Source: Armatimonadota bacterium
GTDB lineage: Bacteria > Armatimonadota > UBA5829 > DTLH01
DNA: 13,450 bases
Reading direction: 5' to 3'
Assembly (NCBI GenBank): GCA_039680575.1
Contig: JBDKSP010000044.1
Coordinates: 1-13,450 of the forward strand
In this document: positions 7,525 to 13,450 of the stretch, piece after piece
Layout: every line of letters starts with the position of its first letter
Numbering within the stretch: the stretch's first letter is position 1
The notes under the pieces: model-generated
Databases searched by the model: none
The model's input: the letters and a program-made list of their open reading frames with translations, nothing else
Told to the model about the DNA's origin: nothing
Position numbers and translations under genes: made by a program

Positions 7525-8718
7525 ATGATCGAACAGAGGGGCGACGCGGAGAATATACGGACGACTGCAACCGGGCAGGCGAAAACCTTTCCCCTGGCTA
7601 CGGTCAGCCTTGTCGTTCTCAACATTATCCTCTATGTAGGTGTGCTTCCCGGGGACCATGCCGATCTTGCCAACCGGTACGGGCTCATTCCGGAACGGCT
7701 CGAGTTCATGAGGCTTTTTACTACCATCTTCCTTCACTTCGACCTGACACATCTGATTGTGAATATCTTTTTCCTATGGCTTTTCGGACGCAAAGTGGAA
7801 CGTGTTACAGGACCGGTCATCTTCCTGTTGTTATACATCGGAAGTGGGTTTATGGCCTCGCTGCTACATGTGCTGATAACCCTCGCGTTCCTTCCGTCAG
7901 AACTTCTGAGCGTTCCGGTAGTCGGGGCTTCGGGCGCTGTCGCTGGTGTGATGGGGGTTTATGCCATAAGGTTCAACCAGGAAAAAATCAAAATCTACAA
8001 TGCGGATATTCCTTCGCTATATCTGATCTTTTCCTGGCTTGTGATACAGGCAGGGTTCGGTATCGCAGGGATGTTTACCACAAATATCGGCCCGATAGAT
8101 GTCAGCAGTATCGGTTACTGGTCGCACATTGGAGGGTTTGTCTTTGGGATGACCGCGGCCTGGTTGACGGTTTTTCGCGATAACCACAAATCCCCGGAGT
8201 CGAGCCTGGAGGAACTGCGGCGGAAGACCTTGATCGATATTGCCGAGCAGTTCAGAAAACTCGCCGGGGCTGACCCATCCGATCCGTTTGCATATGGCGA
8301 GCTGGGGCGGATTCGGGCGCTTCTCGGCGACCAGATAGGATCAACAGCAAGTTACCTCGATGCGGTAGAACTCTACCGTAAAAAAGGACAGCAGGATGAA
8401 GCTCTGGCCTGCCTGCGGGAAGCGCTGAAGTTCTGGCCGGAGTCTGCACTCAACCCAAACACCGCTTTCAAGTTTGCGTGCTCTCTTGAGTCGCTCGGAG
8501 AGACGAAGGAATCTTCCGATATGTTCGATCGGCTCGCGGTTGCAGCTCATGGGAGTTCTGAGGCCGAAATGGCATTGGTCAAACTTGCTCAGATACAGTT
8601 GGACCGCTTTAATCAGCCTGAGCAGGCGGCTCAGACAATCGAGCTCCTGAAAAACGACTACCCAAACTCCAGGTGGATGGACGTGGCTGACCGGATTCTA
8701 AACCGCGCGAAATCTTGA
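7525..8718 (+). CDS. Rhomboid family intramembrane serine protease with C-terminal TPR domain
   Basis: FLHFDLTHLIVN, catalytic GASG and YWSHIGGFVFG. The soluble C-terminal region has TPR-like repeats ending AEMALVKLAQ...LKNDYPNS. Confidence 0.92.
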   Translation: MIEQRGDAENIRTTATGQAKTFPLATVSLVVLNIILYVGVLPGDHADLANRYGLIPERLEFMRLFTTIFLHFDLTHLIVNIFFLWLFGRKVERVTGPVIFLLLYIGSGFMASLLHVLITLAFLPSELLSVPVVGASGAVAGVMGVYAIRFNQEKIKIYNADIPSLYLIFSWLVIQAGFGIAGMFTTNIGPIDVSSIGYWSHIGGFVFGMTAAWLTVFRDNHKSPESSLEELRRKTLIDIAEQFRKLAGADPSDPFAYGELGRIRALLGDQIGSTASYLDAVELYRKKGQQDEALACLREALKFWPESALNPNTAFKFACSLESLGETKESSDMFDRLAVAAHGSSEAEMALVKLAQIQLDRFNQPEQAAQTIELLKNDYPNSRWMDVADRILNRAKS

Positions 8719-8731
8719 GGATCTCCCGTTT

Positions 8732-11170
8732 TCAGCTTCTGCGTTTTACGATCTCTACCGTGCCGCCGCTGCCATCGACCCTAAGGGTTTGCCCGGTCTG
8801 AATGGCTGATGTTACCCCCGGGATTTCCGATACGCAGGGAATGCCGTAGTTGCGCGCGGCTATCGACCCGATAGACAGGTGGTCTCCCTGGAGCAGCACA
8901 AGACCGGATGCAAGGCTGAGGAGCGGTGTCCAGGCTGGGCTGATCTCCTTTACGACCAGCACCTCACCCGGTTGAAGCTCCATAGCGTCATCCAGGGATC
9001 GTGCGACTCTTGCCTGGCCGATGGCTTCACCTGAACGGATCGGTTTTCCAGTCAGGATTCTGCCTGCAGTGGAAGGAGGCTCATCCAGGCGCGGTCCAGC
9101 TCCGAGCGGGAGCCATTCCGGCGCGTTCAACCGCGTCTCAAGCCACACGCTGTGCTTCCGCTCTGCAATAAGGTGGGCAATCGACTTAAGCGCGGCATCA
9201 TCGATATTAAATTTCAGACTAGAGACCTCGTCAACGGTCAGGTAGAAGACATCTTCGGCCGCTGTAAGGATCTTTGTCTCTTTAAGCCGGTTTCCGAGCT
9301 CGATGAGTCTTGTCCGCAGCACGGAAAGCGCCAGTGCATGGACCTGTTCGGCTGCGCTCGCCGCTGCGACGGACGAACGCACTCTGTGGAGCAGCATCCT
9401 GAACTTCATCCTGGATAGAGGCCACTTCAGCTTACTCCTCGAAGAGCGGATCGCCGCGAGAGCGACATCCTCCGATACACGGGCTATGGCAGCCGATTTT
9501 CTGTAGGCGAGTTCTGTGTCCAAAAGCGGTCCACGGGCAAGCGCTTCGGCAAGCTGCACTGCTCTGTTCGGGTTTTCGACCCAGCTTTGCCAGGAAGAAG
9601 GATCGTATTGGTCGCGCATATCTTCGAACACGTAACCGAGCTGTTTGGACAGGTCGCGTGCTATTTCCTGAGGCGCGTCGATGGCGTCTTCATCTTCTTT
9701 CGACTGTTTGACATACGCCGCAAGCCGTTGAATCGCCATGTCTCTCTCAAGCCATGGCGGGTCCTGTCCCTGCAGCAGCCGCGGCAGTACCGTCGGACCT
9801 GCTCCGCTGGAAAGCAGCATGCCTTTTATCAAATGCGCGAACCTGGCGGACGAATAAGATATGGATTGAGACCACTGGGCGGATGAATCGACCCGGTTTA
9901 TTGCGCGCCGAGTCGATGAGACCAGTTCGGGTTTCGACAGTTTTTGCACAGGCCTTGAAAGATCGCTCCAACACCCTTTTACGGCTCTGTCTGCTGCGGA
10001 TTTCCACTTGCGGTGAAGCCTAGCACCGGCTATAACATCAAGAAATGCCGACCATCTGCTTGGAGTTTCCCATGGGTAGATGACCCGCTTATATGGCCTG
10101 CCCGCCTGGCACCGGACTGCAAGATGTTTTTTTGCTGAAGGCAGCGTAAGGATGCTTTTCCTATGGAATACAGGCAGGCTATTGATCAGGACAGGTGCCG
10201 GACCGTTCGAGAGCAGCCTCCAAACCAGAAGCGCTTCTTTCCGGTCATGCCACGAAGCAGAGAAATACGGACGATGCCGTCCAATCGGTTGAGCCTCGAA
10301 GATTATGAACCGGCTGCCGTCATGCGCCCACTGGATCATATGCGGACCGCCGAGCGAAGTATCCACCCATACAGCCAGTTCAGCCAGTTCCACTATCTCA
10401 GCCGGGAGGATCGACGAGGATTGCGCCATTTCGGCGGTAGATGGTCCAGGCCGGATTCCCTCCGGTGTGATCTTCTGTATTGTCTCTTTTTGGGCAATGG
10501 ACGAGTGCGTAATGGAAAAATCCTTAAGGTCCACTACAGCAAGGTCTGCAGGAGATGAATCGATATGGATTCCCCAGGTGGACCGTATATGTACCTCGTT
10601 GGGATTGCCCGCCAGTGGGTTGGCTGCGACTACGACCCCGGACGACCGTATATCGACCATCGGCTGGATAAGGACTCCCATGGTGGGCTCGGTCTGCTCG
10701 GACAGCTTTTCCCTGAGTTCCGCAGCCTGGTCCGACCAGAGGGATGCCCAGACTCTCTTCACTGCATCGATTAGCGGCTGAAGCCCCTGGACATCGAGCG
10801 CCGTTTCATACGATTTACCGGCGATCCCATCATCCGATGCGGAATGCCGGACGGCAACCTTTACATCCTCACCCATAGAGGCGTAGGCATCCTTTAGTGC
10901 ACAGAAGACATCGGGAGGTAGGTCATGTTCGATAATCGCGCTTCGCAGCGATTCGCGGGTCTCGGCGTCAGGGATGCCTCTTGCGAGCGTGCGGACACCG
11001 GCAGCCCAGAGATGAGTCCTGTATGCGTCCGCGCCAAGACAGAATCCACCTGGGACATGGAAACCCAGCCTGAGTAGGCGTGCCAGTGTTACCGCTTTCG
11101 AGCCGCAGGATCGAGGGTCCTCGATCTGATCGAGTGGTACAACGATATTAAAGTTGCTGGTGTGCTGCAT
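8732..11170 (-). CDS. PEP/pyruvate-binding (ATP-grasp) plus PEP-utilising mobile-domain protein of rifampin-phosphotransferase-like architecture, with degenerate catalytic motifs
   Basis: GSKAVTLARL..GFHVPGGF, VAVRHSA, VKRVWASLWS, MGVLIQPMV..SGV...NP, EDVFYLT, and C-terminal G.ARV...LQPGEVLV..SPAWTPL...ARNYGIPCV...VDGSGGTV. Confidence 0.85.
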   Translation of the reverse strand: MQHTSNFNIVVPLDQIEDPRSCGSKAVTLARLLRLGFHVPGGFCLGADAYRTHLWAAGVRTLARGIPDAETRESLRSAIIEHDLPPDVFCALKDAYASMGEDVKVAVRHSASDDGIAGKSYETALDVQGLQPLIDAVKRVWASLWSDQAAELREKLSEQTEPTMGVLIQPMVDIRSSGVVVAANPLAGNPNEVHIRSTWGIHIDSSPADLAVVDLKDFSITHSSIAQKETIQKITPEGIRPGPSTAEMAQSSSILPAEIVELAELAVWVDTSLGGPHMIQWAHDGSRFIIFEAQPIGRHRPYFSASWHDRKEALLVWRLLSNGPAPVLINSLPVFHRKSILTLPSAKKHLAVRCQAGRPYKRVIYPWETPSRWSAFLDVIAGARLHRKWKSAADRAVKGCWSDLSRPVQKLSKPELVSSTRRAINRVDSSAQWSQSISYSSARFAHLIKGMLLSSGAGPTVLPRLLQGQDPPWLERDMAIQRLAAYVKQSKEDEDAIDAPQEIARDLSKQLGYVFEDMRDQYDPSSWQSWVENPNRAVQLAEALARGPLLDTELAYRKSAAIARVSEDVALAAIRSSRSKLKWPLSRMKFRMLLHRVRSSVAAASAAEQVHALALSVLRTRLIELGNRLKETKILTAAEDVFYLTVDEVSSLKFNIDDAALKSIAHLIAERKHSVWLETRLNAPEWLPLGAGPRLDEPPSTAGRILTGKPIRSGEAIGQARVARSLDDAMELQPGEVLVVKEISPAWTPLLSLASGLVLLQGDHLSIGSIAARNYGIPCVSEIPGVTSAIQTGQTLRVDGSGGTVEIVKRRS

Positions 11171-11192
11171 GCGTAAGAGGCCTTATCCTAAA

Positions 11193-11222
11193 ATTATAGA
11201 TTTCCGGCTGTTCTCATAACAA
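11193..11222 (-). promoter_or_regulatory. Putative promoter for the 812-aa PEP-utiliser-like gene
   Basis: Minus strand TTGTTA (11222-11217), 18-nt spacer, TATAAT (11198-11193), 22 nt upstream of the ATG at 11170. Confidence 0.45.
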
Positions 11223-11249
11223 CGAATCGTATACCAACTGTTGCCGAAA

Positions 11250-11271
11250 GAGTTTCAGTTATCTGAAACTC
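11250..11271. repeat. Perfect 9-bp inverted repeat (possible terminator of the GT gene, or an operator)
   Basis: GAGTTTCAG-ttat-CTGAAACTC. On the minus strand it is followed by only TTT. Confidence 0.55.
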
Positions 11272-11337
11272 ATCATTAAGTCGTCTCCACCGGAAGCAGA
11301 CTATCACGTGTGATTATATGGCGAGCAAGGCCGGGTG

Positions 11338-12807
11338 TCAATCAGACGGATGATCGATTATTCTCTGATATACTGATATTCCATAATCGGTGGCAGGAGA
11401 CGATGCAGAGAAATGGGCTTTCAGGCTGCAATTGGCATCGATCCATCCGGAAAGCTGTCTGGATATGGATTCGCCGCGCGTGGCATCTTCCATGACGAGC
11501 CACGAGCGGCTGCTGGGCAGGCCGGAGGCGTCCGTACCAGCGTTCAAGTCCTGCACGACAAGATCAGTATCTTTCAAATAGTATGCAAGCGGCATCCACA
11601 TCGATGAATAGACCGTTTCTCCCTTGCTGATGTGCGCACGCAGGTAATCGGCAGCCGCGCGGTAGTTCCACCGCTCTCCATTCGAGACGGTGAAATATGA
11701 CATGTCGTGCTGGAGTAGGGGTAGTGCGATGATAATTGGGATGGCAAAAGCCAGAAGGCGGCTCTTCTCGCGGACGATCTTTATCATGGTCGAAGCCGCG
11801 GTCCCGGCAAGGATCGCTGCGGCAGGCAGTATGACGAATGCGTAACGGTTCTCTGCATGCGACATGATTCCCGCGGCGATCAAAAACAACGCCGGGACTG
11901 CTATTACGCAGGTCAAGGCGAGTGTTCCCCTGTCTCGCCTGACTATTCCCATACAAGCTCCGGCAATCGCAAGCACGGCAACTAGCGGCTCCAGCCTGTA
12001 ACCTATCGAAAAGACCATGTATCCGGCTGCTTTAACAGGGTTTGCGATATGAGTTCCGGTCGGGAGTCCTGCAGCGTATTTCGAAAACAGCGAGACGGCT
12101 TTCGGCAGGAAGAAAATCCCCCCGATTATGAATGGAGCAAGAAATATAACAGCGTTTACCAGGTTGAGTCCCCTGGGATGCTGCCACCTGAGCAGGTAGA
12201 TCAACCCGGCGTAGACCAGTATTGCTGCGATAATCAGGAGGGCGGAATAGTGCGATGCCGTACCAAGCGCCATCAGGATACCCGCCGCGGCGACATAGCC
12301 TCTTTTGTTATCTTCTATTCCGCGATGGAGCATCAGAATCGAGGCGCTCGAAAAAAAAAGCGTCATTGTGTAGAACCTCGCCATCTGAGACCAGTAAAGA
12401 TGCCACGGGGAGATCACTATGATTGCAGACGCTATTGCCGACGGGAGCTCGCCGAACGACTTTCGGCCAAGGAGATAGACCATGGCTGGAGTTGCCATGC
12501 CGACTATTGCCGGGATAATCCGCATACTCCACTCACTCACGCCGTAATGCTCCACGCTGAGGCCTATCAGAAAGTAGGAGAGCGGATAGGTCATACCGTG
12601 ATACAGGCCGAGTCCGCCATTACCGGAGATATCCCGCAGGGTGAACATCTCATCGACCCAGAAGCTCCAGTCACCCAGCCGGTAGAGCCTAAACACGGCG
12701 GCTGCCAGCGTCAAGACAAGCGCTGTCAACCACACTCGCGCAGTAGATGCCTTTTCCACTGCCGGTTGCTGGAACTGAACGGAAGATTTTACATTAGAGG
12801 TCGCCAT
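11338..12807 (-). CDS. GT-C fold membrane glycosyltransferase (GT39/PMT-ArnT-like)
   Basis: TM1 followed by RLYRLGDWSFWVDE (DE motif), YPLSY, SEWSMRIIPA, SPWHLYWSQMARFY and RY motifs. About 11-13 hydrophobic helices and a soluble C-terminal domain. Confidence 0.85.
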   Translation of the reverse strand: MATSNVKSSVQFQQPAVEKASTARVWLTALVLTLAAAVFRLYRLGDWSFWVDEMFTLRDISGNGGLGLYHGMTYPLSYFLIGLSVEHYGVSEWSMRIIPAIVGMATPAMVYLLGRKSFGELPSAIASAIIVISPWHLYWSQMARFYTMTLFFSSASILMLHRGIEDNKRGYVAAAGILMALGTASHYSALLIIAAILVYAGLIYLLRWQHPRGLNLVNAVIFLAPFIIGGIFFLPKAVSLFSKYAAGLPTGTHIANPVKAAGYMVFSIGYRLEPLVAVLAIAGACMGIVRRDRGTLALTCVIAVPALFLIAAGIMSHAENRYAFVILPAAAILAGTAASTMIKIVREKSRLLAFAIPIIIALPLLQHDMSYFTVSNGERWNYRAAADYLRAHISKGETVYSSMWMPLAYYLKDTDLVVQDLNAGTDASGLPSSRSWLVMEDATRGESISRQLSGWIDANCSLKAHFSASSPATDYGISVYQRIIDHPSD

Positions 12808-12845
12808 CTAAGTAACATCCTGTCTTAATAGTAGGCCAGCTTGAC

Positions 12846-12925
12846 GTAGTGGCCGGTCTCCGTGCCGGCCATCTACCCTGTGGACCCACCGGACCACGGG
12901 GAGCTCCGCAGGAGCCGGACTCTAC
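12846..12925. repeat. GTAG-family REP-like inverted doublet (REPIN-like)
   Basis: The + strand has GTAGTGGCCGGTCTCCGTGCCGGCCA (GTAG tetranucleotide plus GC hairpin). The - strand from 12925 reads GTAGAGTCCGGCTCCTGCGGAGC, a degenerate inverted copy. Confidence 0.5.
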
Positions 12926-13041
12926 CTATGATTGCTACTAGAAACGGAGACTACTTAGTCACACTCCGACTGTGAACGAATCTACCCCATGGCGAGCGAA
13001 CTTAAACAGACACATTAACCGTCCGTTAGCAAAATGTGAGC

Positions 13042-13081
13042 AAAAATAGTAAAGGCTGCCGGATTTCATTGTCCAGCAGCC
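13042..13081 (-). terminator. Rho-independent terminator downstream of the tRNA-Arg locus
   Basis: Minus strand GGCTGCTGGA-CAATGAAA-TCCGGCAGCC (10-bp stem with one G-U pair) followed by TTTACTATTTTT. The stem starts about 18 nt after the tRNA CCA. Confidence 0.8.
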
Positions 13082-13098
13082 GATTTTACGCACAAAAA

Positions 13099-13167
13099 TG
13101 GCGCGCCTGAAGGGACTCGAATCCCCGACCCTCTGATCCGAAGTCAGATGCTCTAATCCACTGAGCT
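13099..13167 (-). tRNA. tRNA-Arg(TCG), 5'-truncated copy (nt 9 to CCA); probably an att-site remnant or pseudo-tRNA
   Basis: Minus strand A-GCTC-AGTGGATTA-GAGC-A-TCTGA-CTTCGGA-TCAGA-GGGTC-GGGGA-TTCGAGT-CCCTT-CAGGCGC-G-CCA. The expected 5' acceptor strand (GCGCCTG plus T8) is replaced by TAATTTCG. Confidence 0.8.
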
Positions 13168-13450
13168 CGAAATTAAGCTGTTAAGGGGTGATTATTAGTA
13201 GTAATATTGGATTTGCTAACAAGCCTATCCGGTACCATCTTTCAGTTTTGCCCGTAACCATAATGACGCAATATGCCAAATAATAAATATAAAAGACAAA
13301 CTCGACTTTAACAAGTGGGATAAATCAGGGCAAACGCATCTTAATCAGGGGCGCAGTGTGAACGAAGTTTACATAAAGTATCATTACCGCAACACAGGTA
13401 CTTTGGAAGCTCACGTCGAAGTAGCAAGTATTACACATATAGGAGTTTGC
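13168..13450. mobile_element. Probable edge of an integrated element or genomic island (continues beyond the window)
   Basis: Starts exactly where tRNA similarity breaks. About 38% GC (107/280 counted over 13171-13450), lower than the coding regions. No integrase is visible in the window. Confidence 0.45.

Noticed and set aside
7518..8183. 221-aa alternative + frame ORF
   Set aside because: It overlaps the rhomboid gene in another frame, has Cys/Arg-rich non-protein-like composition and shows no motifs.
8732..11170. Calling the gene ppsA or rph (rifampin resistance)
   Set aside because: It lacks the C-terminal PEP-binding barrel of PpsA and the canonical catalytic His, so a specific function is not supportable.
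12049..12828. 259-aa plus-strand ORF
   Set aside because: It is an antisense shadow of the glycosyltransferase with no motifs.
13099..13175. Intact functional tRNA, or permuted tRNA
   Set aside because: The acceptor stem cannot form, and I did not find the missing GCGCCTGT segment nearby on either side.
13220..13450. Stop-free + strand frame running off the window (possible GTG start at 13358)
   Set aside because: Only 31 codons follow the first plausible start and no homology is recognisable. It needs downstream sequence.
1..13450. CRISPR array, transposase or integrase genes
   Set aside because: No regularly spaced repeat array and no recombinase or transposase motifs were seen in the window.

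Overview
This is a bacterial chromosomal window with mostly GC-rich coding sequence. A tightly packed + strand cluster encodes a ROK-family sugar kinase, folK, two divergent PilC/GspF-family platform proteins, a J-domain/TPR/multi-TM protein and panB. It is followed by a NamZ/DUF1343 muramidase (-), a rhomboid-TPR protease (+), an 812-aa PEP-synthase/rifampin-phosphotransferase-like protein (-) and a GT-C/GT39-like membrane glycosyltransferase (-). The 812-aa protein has its canonical phosphocarrier His and several ATP-grasp residues substituted. The right end carries a GTAG REP-like doublet, an intrinsic terminator and a tRNA-Arg(TCG) copy lacking its first 8 nt. Sequence beyond that is AT-rich (~38% GC by hand count), consistent with the boundary of an element integrated at the tRNA. 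The best leads are the truncated tRNA/att boundary, the apparent pseudo-phosphotransferase with its own promoter-like site, and the pilC-pilC-J-domain module between folK and panB. Family calls come from motif recognition only; no database searches were run.
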